From Macrostomum lignano (taxonomy: Eukaryota): a DNA stretch of 64,000 bases. The position numbers and the translations under genes were made by a program. Shown piece after piece: positions 48,145 through 60,108 of the stretch. The DNA lies in NCBI GenBank assembly GCA_002269645.1, contig NIVC01000227.1, positions 248,001 to 312,000 on the forward strand, in the 5' to 3' direction. The stretch's first letter is position 1; every line of letters starts with the position of its first letter. Below the pieces are notes generated by a model. It ran no database searches. It was not told where the DNA came from and saw nothing but the letters and a program-made list of their open reading frames with translations.

Positions 48145-51100
48145 TCACAGTGTGGTGTAAGTCAGCTGATGCTGCTGCTGTCCCATTGTCCGACTGTCCT
48201 GCACCGTGGAGGCGATGCCGGCGGACACGGAGGGCACCAGGGCGACGCTGCTGGCCACGGTGGCGCCCACAGCTCCGGCGGCAGCGGCGGCCGCCTGCAG
48301 CTGGCTGGGATCGAGCAGCAGCAGGTTGGCGAAACCCAGCTGCTGCGCCGTCAAGGCCGTTGCGGCAGCGTTGGCGCCGACGCTATTCGACGTTGACGAA
48401 ACAACCAGAGATGACGCTGCCGATGATGACGAAGAATTGTTCACCAGAGCGGCTGCCCCGGAACTGTCGACGGTGACACCGGCGGCTGCCATTGCTGCAG
48501 CGGCGTCGGCCGGTTGAAGGATCTGCAGTTGAGGCCGCAGGTAGGCAGCGGCGGCGGCGGCAGTGGAGGTGCCGGCAGCAGCGCCGCCAGCCTGATCTGC
48601 AGGGTTGGCAGCGGGCAGCTGGTAGTACAGAGTGGGCTGGTAGATCTGCCACTCGAACTGGCCGGGCTGCTGCGTCAGCAGGGCGTACTGCTGCGGCATG
48701 GCTGCGCCAGCTTGAGCAGCAGCCGGCTGACCGATGATGGCGGCTGTGGAGCCTTCGACTTTGATGCCGCCAGCCGCTGCTCGCAGTTGCTGCTGCTGCT
48801 GCTGCTGCATTGCTGCAATCTTGGCCTGGACAGCTTCTTTAGAGTCGATGGTGGAGGCTGCGGCAGCGGCGGCTGCTTCAGCTCGAGCTTTCTGCTCGGC
48901 AGCCGCGGCGGCAGCCTGGTTGAGCTGGGCCAGCTCCGCCTTGCGTTTCCTGCGCCGTTCGGCTTTGCGCACGCTCTTGGGGTCCGGCTGCGTCACGCGC
49001 ATCTCCGTGTAGTCGGTGAACACCACATCGGAGTCGTTCAGATGCGAGCTGATGCCGACAACATAGTCACGTAGTTTCTTCAGGGCGACGTAGAATGGCA
49101 GCTTGTCGGCGGCGCGGGGCAGCTGGGCGCAGCGGGCGCTGCTGGAGGGCATGACGAACACGACAATGTCTGTGCCCACCAGCGGCTCCGGCTGCTTGCC
49201 CATGTAGAAGTTCTTGTTGCCAACGAATGCCTCGTAAATGCCTGGGAAAGTTTGCGGGAATTCAATTGCGGTTGCGGCTGGGTAGCCTTGAAGCCTAGCA
49301 AGCGCGCTATGGCTGACTATGGGGGGGGGGGCGGAAAGTGCCCTATGGCTGACTATGGGGGGGCGGAGCGGAAAGTGCCCTATGGCTGACTAAGGGGGGG
49401 CGGAAAGTGCCCTATGGCTGACTAAGGGGGGGGGGCGGAAAGTGCCCTATGGCTGACTATGGGGGGGGCGGAAAGTGCCCTATGGCTGAATATGGGGGGG
49501 GCGGAAAGTCCCTATGGCTGACTAAGGGGGGGGGGCGGAAAGTGCCCTATGGCTGACTATGGGGGGGGGCGGAAAGTGCCCTATGGCTGAATATGGGGGG
49601 GGGGCGGAAAGTGCCCTATGGCTGACTATGGGGGGGGGGCGGAAAGTGCCCTATGGCTGACTAAGGGGGGGGGCGGAAAGTGCCCTATGGCTGACTAAAG
49701 GGGGCGGAAAGTGCCTTATGGCTGACTATGGGGAGGGTGGAAAGTGCCCTATGGCTGACTAAGGGGGGGGCGGAAAGTGCCCTATGGCTGACTATAGGGG
49801 GGGGGGCGGAAAGTGCCCTATGGCTGACTAAGGGGGGCGGAAAGTGCCCTATGGCTGACTAAAGGGGGGGCGGAAAGTGCCTTATGGCTGACTATGGGGG
49901 GGGGTGGAAAGTGCCCTATGGCTGACTATAGGGGGGGGGGCGGAAAGTGCCCTATGGCTGACTATGGGGGGGCGGAAAGTGCCCTATGGCTGACTATGGG
50001 GGGGGCGGAAAGTGCCCTATGGCTGACTATGGGGGGGCGGAAAGTGCCCTATGGCTGACTATGGAGGGGGGGCGGAAAGTGCCCTATGGCTGACTAAGGG
50101 GGGGCGGAAAAGGGCCCGATGGATGACTATGGGGGGGCGGAAAGTGCCCTATGGCTGACTATGGGGGGGGAAGTGCCCTCAGGTTGGTTAAACCGCGCGG
50201 AACGGGGCAGATAGAATGCTCAACAAAGGCCAGGAAAGTACATATAAAACGAGACCTACCTTTCCCATTGAACACGGCAATTTTCGGCTTGTATTTCTTT
50301 AATTTTGCCAGCAAGATTTCGGCACCTTCTTTCATCTCCTTTCTGGTCAGATCGGCGGCGCCTTTGGTGGGCCTGGTGCACACATTGGTGAAGCCTATGC
50401 CAAAATCGCAGATCCGGTGATCCTCATGGCAGGTGAGCGGCTCCGCGATGAGGCCGCTCTCGCTCAGGCAGGACCAGAAATGATTGCCAGGTCCGGCATA
50501 GTGATGACCCACGTAGGCTGAGGTCATGCTGGGATTGATGCCGATCTGTTTGATAGTGGATCGGATTTTTGGGAGTGCGCGCGTTTGTACTACTGAATAG
50601 CCAGGATACTGAGTAGTAGAGACAAAAAGGCGAGGTAAGAAATATACGGATGTGGGAGGCTGGCCCAGCAACTGAGGGTCTGGGAGGCTGGCCCCGCAAC
50701 TGAGGATTTAAGAGGCTGGCCCAGCAACTGACGGTCTGGGAGGCTGGCCTAGCAACTGAGGATCTGGGAGGCTGGCCCAGCAACTGAGGATCTGGGAGGC
50801 TGGCCCAGCAACTGAGGATCTGGGAGGCTGGCCCAGCAACTAAGGATCTGGGAGGCTGGCCCAGCAACTAAGGATCTGGGAGGCTGGCCCAGCAACTAAG
50901 GATCTGGGAGGCTGGCCCAGCAACTAAGGATCTGGGAGGCTGGCCCAGCAACTAAGGATCTGGGAGGCTGGCCCAGCAACTAAGGATCTGGGAGGCTGGC
51001 CCAGCAACTGAGGATCTGGGAGCAGGTGAGCCAAACTTACCACAACCATGTCGAGGCCGTCTGCCAAATAGTCCGGCAGGATGTTGATGCCGGGCTGCGG

Positions 51101-51296
51101 CTCGTTATTTTCATCAAAGACGATCTGTTCGCGAAATTTTTCGCAACGCGGGCAGCTGCCAGTGAGCTCGAGGTCGTGTCGCTGACGGCGGGTCAGCGCG
51201 CTGGAGAGGTTGGGGCGTGACAGGAGGTGTGGTTATAAACAAGATGCTTTATTCAAAATCAGTAGTAATGAACTACAGACAGACAGATAGACAGGC

Positions 51297-51327
<31 letters not shown>

Positions 51328-51340
51328 CAGAAAGACAGAC

Positions 51341-51399
<59 letters not shown>

Positions 51400-51412
51400 C
51401 AGAAAGACAGAC

Positions 51413-51483
<71 letters not shown>

Positions 51484-51508
51484 CAGAAAGATAGATAGAT
51501 AGATAGAC

Positions 51509-51551
<43 letters not shown>

Positions 51552-51552
51552 C

Positions 51553-51615
<63 letters not shown>

Positions 51616-51616
51616 C

Positions 51617-51655
<39 letters not shown>

Positions 51656-51656
51656 C

Positions 51657-51691
<35 letters not shown>

Positions 51692-52998
51692 CAGCTAGAT
51701 AGATACTCGTAGATGGATAGATAGGCAGATAGATAGATAGATAAAACGGCAGCTGCAGACGCAACTTACCTCTCCAAGGCCTTGCTCAGGCCGGGAATGG
51801 GCACCTGTGATGAGGTGGAGGACGAGCAGGGCTGCGAGGAGGGGCTTCCAGGGGCGCCGCCGTTGACGCCCGCCACCTGCGGCTTCCGCTCGACAGCGGA
51901 GGCCGCAGCTGAGCCGGTTTCCGTGGGTTCAATCTTTGCTTCTAGTAGAGCCACGGGTTCAGTCTTGGCGGCAGCGACGGCAGAGGCGGAGGAGTCAGCA
52001 GCCTCGCTGGCGTCTTCAATCCAGCTGGCGGCCTGTCTGGCAGCTTCGCTCTCTTCGCCGTCGGCGCCATCAAAGCCGACGGAAACTGCGGACACGTCGG
52101 CAGATTGGACTTCAGTTTTAACCTCGGCCATGACGAAATCCTGATCTGGTGTAGCGGCGGCGGCTGCGGCGTTTTGATCTGCCGATGCTTCACGCTGATC
52201 GGCTAATGATTCAGTGGCTTCTTCGCTCTGATTGGCTGGCGCAACTTCAGATGTAATAAAACTACTAGCGGATTCAATCTGATTGGCTGGCGCTTGGTCG
52301 AAAGTTTCACTCTGATTGGCCAAGACATCGTCCACAGCTTCGTCTAGATTCGGCAGTGAACTAGCGACAGCTTTGCTCTGATTGGCTGCTGCGATTTCAG
52401 TAGCTATGCTCTGATTGGCTGCTGCGATGTCAGTAGCTTCGCTCTGATTGGCTGCTGCAATGTCAGTAGCTTCGCTCTGATTGGCTGTTGCGATGTCAGT
52501 AGCTTCGCTCCGATTGGTTGCTGCAATGTCAGTTGCTTCACTCTGATTGGCTGCTGCGATGTCAGTGCTTCGAATATCTGCAAGAAAATCCAAAACCTTG
52601 ACCTGATTGGCTGCAGGACTTTCTGTAGCCTTGCTGTGATTGGCTGCTGAGATGTCGGCAGATTCGCTCTGACTGGCTTTAAGAAACTCCGCATCCTCGC
52701 TCTGATTGGCTGCAGGAATCTCGCAAGCTCCAGTTTGATTGGCTGTGTGATTATCCGTAGCCGATTCACCCTGATCTGCCGCAGCAATATCATTAGCTCC
52801 TCTCTGATTGGCTGTAGCACCAAAACCGGTATCGCCTTGATAATGCAAAACCTCATCGAAAAACTCGATGCCCTCCATGGCCTCCTCTATGTTTGGGTCA
52901 ATGTGATTGGATGGCTCCTTGCTATCCGCGGTGGCAGCGTCTGCGCTGCAGTGGTCCTGGTTGAGCCCCAGAGAGGCCTCATCCTGCCCTGAGCTCAT
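48145..52998 (-). CDS. TDG: G/T mismatch-specific thymine-DNA glycosylase with long N- and C-terminal extensions (about 923 aa, 4 coding exons)
   Basis: Exons 52998-51770, 51200-51041 (ILPDYLADGLDMVV), 50545-50260 (IGINPSMTSAYVGHHYAGPGNHFWSCL..KPKIAVFNGK) and 49241-48145 (GIYEAF..VMPSSSARCAQLPRAADK). The total of 2772 nt is in frame and the TDG/MUG motifs are intact. Confidence 0.95.
49308..50180. repeat. About 33-bp G-run minisatellite in TDG intron 3
   Basis: Unit CTATGGCTGACTATGGGGGGGGCGGAAAGTGCC with variable G-run length. Confidence 0.95.
50655..51020. repeat. 28-bp minisatellite in TDG intron 2
   Basis: Unit GGATCTGGGAGGCTGGCCCAGCAACTAA. Confidence 0.95.
51275..51745. repeat. (GATA)n/(GACA)n microsatellite in TDG intron 1
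   Basis: Direct reading. Confidence 0.97.
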
Positions 52999-53305
52999 GC
53001 TGATGAAGGGCGCACAATTAGATGCTGAAAATTGCATTGCAATTGGTCACATTTTCGGGATTGGTTTTTTATCAAGGATTAAACTTACAAAACTACATAT
53101 CGTACCTATATTAATCAATTAAAGGCAAAATTAAGACTAAATTAATTAAAATACGAGCTTTTAAAAACTGTACATCTCCACGTTGCACTTGTATTTTAAT
53201 TAAATTTTGGAACAAATTTGCATTAACAATGCATCAAACCTACTTTTAGTAGGCGAAATGCATTTTTATCGACAGATACAACTAAACAGCAAAAACGATT
53301 TTTTA

Positions 53306-54933
53306 TTATCGCTTTGGCGTTCCCGCCCCTAACAGAGACAGAAACGAAGCCATGCCACCGCCAGGCGAACTTCTGCTGCCGGAAGAAGAAACGGCGGAAG
53401 CAGACGGCGACAAATTTGCGCCAGTAGCGTACTGCCGCTGCTGCAGCAGCTTCACCCGGCAAAGGGTTTTGTTATGCTTGTTCGCTTTGCCCTGGCTTGA
53501 ACTGCCAGGCTGGCGAGAGTGGCACATTGTCGATTGTATCGGCGTCTTTGGAGTAGCCGACGCCCGCGAAGAGGGTGCAGTCGAGCCGGGCGTGCTGGAT
53601 GAACCAGCCGGTTGCCGGGTGGTGCTGCGGCGACCGCAGGTTGGGCAGACAAGACGGACCTGCGATTAAAGTTTGTGCTTCAGTATGGTAAGGAGGTTTA
53701 GACTGACTTAATAGTAGGTTGTTGCTGCACCAAAGCGAAGGATAATGTGTTACAGGGCACTTATCTAAGAGTGAGGTGTTACAGAACAATCATAATGTGT
53801 TACAGGGCACTTATCTAAGAGTGAGGTGTTACAGAACGATCATAATGTGTTACAGGGCACTTATCTAAGAGTGAGGTGTTACAGAACAATCATAATGTGT
53901 TACAGGGCACTTATCTAAGAGTGAGGTGTTACAGAACAATCATAATGTGTTACAGGGCACTTATCTAAGAGTGAGGTGTTACAGAACAATCATAATGTGT
54001 TACAGGGCACTTATCTAAGAGTGAGGTGTTACAGAACGATCATAATGTGTTACAGGGCACTTATCTAAGAGTGAGGTGTTACAGAACAATCATAATGTGT
54101 TACAGGGCCCTTATCTAAGAGTGAGGTGTTACAGAACGATCATAATGTGTTACAGGGCACTTATCTAAGAGTGAGGTGTTACAGAACAATCATAATGTGT
54201 TACAGGGCACTTATCTAAGAGTGAGGTGTTACAGAACAATCATAATGTGTTACAGGGCACTTATCTAAGAGTGAGGTGTTACAGAACAATCATAATGTGT
54301 TACAGGGCACTTATCTAAGAGTGAGGTGTTACAGAACAATCATAATGTGTTACAGGGCACTTATCTAAAAGTGAGGTGTTACAGAACGATCATAATGTGT
54401 TACAGGGCACTTATCTAAGAGTGGGATGTTACAGAAAATCAGAATGTGTTGCAGAACAATCTTACAATGGGGTATTGCAGGACGAGTAAAAGGTCTTATT
54501 ATGTTACAGGGTAATCATTTTAAAGTAAGATGTTATAGCTTTTCAAACTGGTTACAAACAGTACAGATATAACAATAGAAATATGTTTAAAATAGAAACT
54601 GACCACTTTTCTGCTAGCGAGTGCAGCCTCTGCACTCGCCGAGCTGCCTAATCGTTTGGTTAAACGCTTTCGAGTTCTACGAAGACCCCGCCTGCTAACT
54701 GTGTAGTGTTGTTGGCAGGCCTGTGGCTGCTGCCCCAAACAGCCGGGACAGACTGAATGACACAACAGCTTCTGGTTAGAGCAGAGCACACCAGATTTCT
54801 CTAGCTTCAGCTCCAGCCATTGAGCAGTCAAGTATTTAAACATTGCAGAGTTTTTGGTAAAAGCATCTGTTTGCCATAGCTTATGCAGGTATTTTAATGA
54901 CTTCTTTATGATTGAGGCTGAACTGGGATCCAT
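53306..54933 (-). CDS. C18orf21: Rpr2/Rpp21/Snm1-fold Zn-binding protein, most similar to C18orf21 (UPF0711, RNase MRP subunit RMP24); 227 aa, 2 exons
   Basis: Exon 54933-54604 (MDPSS..LKYLHKLW..VCPGCLG..LASRKV, donor GTCAGT) joins in frame to exon 53659-53306 (VRLVCPTCGRR..S/T/P-rich tail..MASFLSLL..KR*). Two CxxC motifs 49 aa apart, a basic linker and a C-terminal FLSxL motif match C18orf21 as recalled. Confidence 0.6.
53742..54450. repeat. 50-bp tandem repeat, about 14 copies, filling the C18orf21-like intron
   Basis: Unit ATAATGTGTTACAGGGCACTTATCTAAGAGTGAGGTGTTACAGAACAATC. Confidence 0.97.
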
Positions 54934-57900
54934 TTTGCTATGAAAATGTGAATAATGCATGTAAATGTTTAATGCTTGGTTGTTGTACAGTGCTAAATAT
55001 TATTGTGATTCATATTAAACTGTCATTGTGGCATCAATATCACGCTATATATATATAAGTAACTATATAGTTGTTTGAAACTATATAGTGACACATAAGT
55101 AACCAAATAAGTTTAACTTAAAAACCTATTGCCTGCATAGAGGAATATTAATGAAACTCAACAATCTTAAAAAAACACAATAAAGAATTTTTGCAGTATA
55201 AAAGTTTTCTAAATGGTAATAAATAACCTGATGGGCTAAATTGAGTTCTTAATGTAAGCACCATTTCAATCATAGTAGAGCTCCAGGTCACACATGTGCA
55301 ACCCCCCTGATTTACACCGGCCATGTGACTTACTTTTTGACCAAAAATATGACTTACCTAAGAAAGAAACCTTTAAGCAAAATTAATGCAATTCTATGTA
55401 AATGGCAACAATAACTATGACTGTCTTATTAAGGCTAAATTCATCATTATCTAATTAGTACTAATTGTTTTTGGTTGGAATTTTTTGTGGCTTACCCCTC
55501 CCTGTTTACCACAATTTATGGTAGCCAGATCTGCTAGGTTGGCCAACAGTTGCCTATTTGGTTGCTTCAGGTGCTTGATGAAATGGCTTATAATGGCAAC
55601 ATAAATGACTTTATATATGTGCTAATTGTTATTACAATGCCAATGTCATTACATAAGTTAATATAGGTGTATATACAATTAGGGCATTCTTTAGTTAAAA
55701 TCCCTAAGCAGGTCAAGTTTTATTTTATAATCCCCATTAAAAAGAGTCAAAAAAGTTCCAGTATATCAAAAAACTGAATCTAACAATTATTGTAAATTGT
55801 ACTCAATTTTCAAATCACTTCAAATCATCACTGAAATTATCTTTGAAATGTAGCATAGAAAGTTATAGAAGCATAGCTTATAGTCACTTTCATCATACAA
55901 CTATTTAAATGGTGAAATTATATATAGGTGATTGTAAGAAAAACCAAAAGAGCTTGTTGGTTTTGCACCTGATCACACTGATAGTAAAATTGTATTAGAG
56001 GGATTGTATTACAAAATCGAATGGATTAGTATGGTCCCAAATTTGCAGTTTAATTGTGTTCATTCTATGGACACAGAGTCCCAGTCCACATAAAAAAGTA
56101 ATATATCTCATCAATGATCTGCATGTTTGAGAATAAAATTATTTGTTATGGTAATTGCTTCTGCACTCTCCTCACTTTTGTACGTGTTTGTAAGACAAAA
56201 CCAAAAGAGCTATATACTTAAGTGAGATTATAATTATCTTAAATTGGCGTCAGCTACTAGATAAGACATTTGTGGGACAAACAAACATGGCCAAAAATTC
56301 ACTAGAAATCTACAATTAAAAAAGGGTACATTAAACAAATTTAAAACCATGTTTTAAGTTTAAAAAATATCCATGGCACCATTTAATACTCTTGTTTATT
56401 AATAGTTTTCTTTTTTATTGAAGCACTTCTCATTGGGACATGCAAAAATTTCATATTTTTTTATTTTTATTGAATATAACTTTTTTTCTGAGTGACTATA
56501 CTGATTCAATGGTTTTCCTAAGAATAGTAATTGTTGAAATCTTTTGTTTAAGACTAGACTCACCTATCATGTTTATTCCTTTGCAATATTATAAATTTTT
56601 ATATAATATATAAATAATTTTGGGTTAACCCAATACAATTTTATTATTAGTATGATTGTAATTCGAAACCAAAAAAGCTCCTTTGGTTTTGTCTTATAAT
56701 CACCTACAAATAATTTTACCATTTAAATGGTCATGTGGAAAAGTAAATATAAGCTACATTTTTTAACAAAACCCAAGACTTTATAATACAATACTGCGCT
56801 TTTAAGTTTTCCTATTTAAAAGTTTGGTTTTAAAAGTTTTTTTAACTTATAATTTTGCCATCTTATAAGGGGGATTGTATATTGAAAGTCCTGACTTTTA
56901 TATGGATAGTGCAACGTAGTTTTAAAACAAAAAATGCCACAAAAAGGTGAATCCATATTATTTAGTTATAAAAAAGTTTAAACTTATTATGAAGCTTTAT
57001 AGAATTTGTTACATCTGGTCCAAATGATTTACATTTTAATTTTATAAAAGAACTATAAACCATTTATAAAAATTACAAATAAATATAAGACTAGGGTACT
57101 AGTGTAATTTTATTTGCAAAATTATTTTTCTTTTGAATTTGTGCCAGTTCTGACTAATAATGCTATCATTTCAAAGTCATATACAGTCACATTAGTTGGC
57201 AATATTTTATGAAATTATTTTTCATTTGAATTCACACCAATGCCAAGGATTTAAATTAATGATTTGTATGATAAAGACATGGCAAAGAAGTCTACCTTAC
57301 AAGTTATCTATGGCCTAAACCCAAAGGCCATAGTCAGGATCATGCTATGTGTGTGCTAGAAGCCACTCCAAAAAATTTTTGGTGAGCACCAGGTATGCCA
57401 GTCAAAATGCACAAGTGTGCCAGGTGCGCTAGTCCTAAATCCTAATCCTATGTAAAAAATGTGTAATTGCAAGTAAAGATTATAAATTGAAGATGTTAAG
57501 ATTTGTTTTTAATTTCAAAAATAAAGAATAAAAAGAAGAAATAAAACACAATTTTAAGAATTTTATAAATGAAGCAAATGTTGTCAATTTTCATTACAAT
57601 ATATTTGCAAAATCATTGTTAAACTTTGTGCAAAATTTCATGCTTCATGTACTTTGATTTTGTCTTTTACAGTAGCCATGGTGCAGCCTCCTTCAAGACT
57701 AGGCCTTGAATAAGCATTGAAAAAATAAAGTTTTGGCTTTGGTGTCATATAGAAAATAAGGAATGGTGGTGCTAAAAACTTAAACATAGGTAATGGCAAC
57801 TACCTATGTTTATCTATGGAAACAGCTTATCACAATTTGATATTTAATAAAATAAAATATTATAATAGGCCTATATAGGTCTATAAATGGTCCAAATAGA

Positions 57901-58399
57901 GCAAAAGAATAGAGCATATATCAATATATGCTCCTAGCATATGTTGGTAGGTTTTAGTGAAGTATTTTATTAGGATATAAAAATTAGGTAGTATTTATCA
58001 ATATTGATTTGCTTAGAATTAGGTCTAATTCATTTATTTGTTGTTTTAGATATCAATATTTTTTTAAATTAAGGCCCCTATTTGGCATTTTTGCAGTGTA
58101 TACTTTACTCTTAGCAACATTAGATTTAGGGCCTAAGCAAAGTAGATAGTTTATTCTTAAAATTCCTAGAATCCTAAATCCCTATAATTCTTGCAATGTT
58201 CAATAAATACTTATTTCTTTAGTAAATTAATTTGGTAGGCCTAAATTAGCTTACAAATATGTATGAATACACCAAACCACATTGACATTGTATTTAGGAA
58301 TTTTCTATACATTTTTACTAATTATAAATAACACTATTATTACTGAAGTAGGCTAGACCTATGGCCTATTTCCAAAAACTGAACATGCGAAGCATGCAT

Positions 58400-59300
58400 G
58401 TTAGGATTGTTAGGCATGGTTATTTATAGAATAGAAATCAATTATGACATGTGAGGTGACGCATGATTTTTTAACAATAATAAAAAACTCTAGCCACTTA
58501 AAAAAGCGATTTACTAAGTGATATATTACTCATATGCTGCTAAATTAACTACGACTACTAAAAAAGGTGACATGTCTAACACCAGAACACATATGTTGCT
58601 AACTAACTTGCGCCTTGGACCGACCGACGAATTCTATTTCCGGGAACAAAGAATGCTTTTTAAAAAAGAGAACTCACCATCTCAACAAATAAAAAAACAT
58701 TTTTAAAAGTTATTTTTTCTTATTGAAAACAAATACTTTAGCCTGAACAAAAAAGTATATGAAATTTAAAAGTGCGCCAAGTTTTTACTACATTGGGTAT
58801 AAAAATATTTCATCTAAAAATTTGAAATGTCCAATTTCCAGGATATCCCGGCGAGGATCTATAAGTTTCAGATTGCGTTTTGATTAGTCACTTGTGTAGA
58901 TATACCAGTTTCTCTCTGGAAATAACAGGTTACGGGCGAAAAAATATATGCAATATTCGTTTAAAAAAACTTTAATTTTAGTTAGGAAGCAAAAAGTGTA
59001 TACATTGGCTGCTATTGTTATTGAGGGCATGATTTCATAATCCTTTTTTCTAACCAGGATTGGTTCCTTTCCTCGGTTCTTACTTCTTCCTTAATGCAAA
59101 GAACTGCTTTCGCGTTATTACAACTTATTTTTAGTCCACTCTAGATCCTATGGTTCTTCCTAATTCATTTTTTTAAGTTTAGTATCTTTAAATGCCTTGT
59201 TGCTTCACTGTTTTATTTAAGTATCTTTATTGACATAATGACATTGTTCGCAAGTACGTTATAGGCCTATTAATATTGCTACATTTTCTGCAAATCAGCA
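58400..59300. promoter_or_regulatory. Putative bidirectional promoter (CpG-retaining patch between divergent genes)
   Basis: CpG dinucleotides are frequent here but scarce in the AT-rich DNA on both sides; it lies between the C18orf21-like (-) and PARP4-like (+) genes. Inference only. Confidence 0.3.
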
Positions 59301-60108
59301 CCCATAGACGATTTTTTTCAATATTCAAGTTTTTAAATTGTTTTTACCTAGAGTAATATAATCACAACTATATAGTTTTTTGGGACAAACTTTGTTTAAG
59401 GGATCTTATTATATTCTTATACACTTGCAACTTTCTTATTGAGTCATTGCCATAGGCTATTAAATCATTATTTTTAACTTAAAAAAATGTCTCCCAATTT
59501 TATGAATTATTATTTACCCATATTATTAAACTATTTTTAAATATAATCAAACAATAATAGAAGAATGATCAATCATTCAAATATATTATATGTTGTCAAT
59601 AGTAAAAAATTGCTGTAAAGAATTCTTAATCATTTATTAATGGGTGCTTTATCCAAGAGAAATAAAAATAATTAGGAATTAAATAACTACCTCACTTTTA
59701 AATAATGCCTTGCATTTTAGACAATATGACTTAAGTGAAAAGTTAGGTAAAATCAAAAAAACATAAATAATATATTTTTTTGGCTGGATTATCTATATAA
59801 CTTATAATAACTGTGTATGTTGAATAATTTTTACAATGACTTTCAATGTTGTTGATAATAAATGTTGAGTATATTTGAAATAATCTGAATATAATACCAA
59901 TATAGAAGAACAAGTAGAGGACTAATTTGGAATTCCTTGCTAGCTATGTAACAATTTTGCTTTAAGCCAAGTATGCCAAGCTGCAACCCCCATGCAACTA
60001 AGTAACTTAATAGCATTAATAATTAACAAATATAATTAGTTGGCCTATAATATTATAAGCTCATAGCAAGTGTCCAAAATATTTGCATGCAAATGTTATT
60101 CCACAACC

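Noticed and set aside
53472-53789. 105-aa ORF ending ..PGQSEQA* as the second exon frame
   Set aside because: The upstream donor is phase 0, which selects the VRLVCPTC frame that completes the second CxxC.
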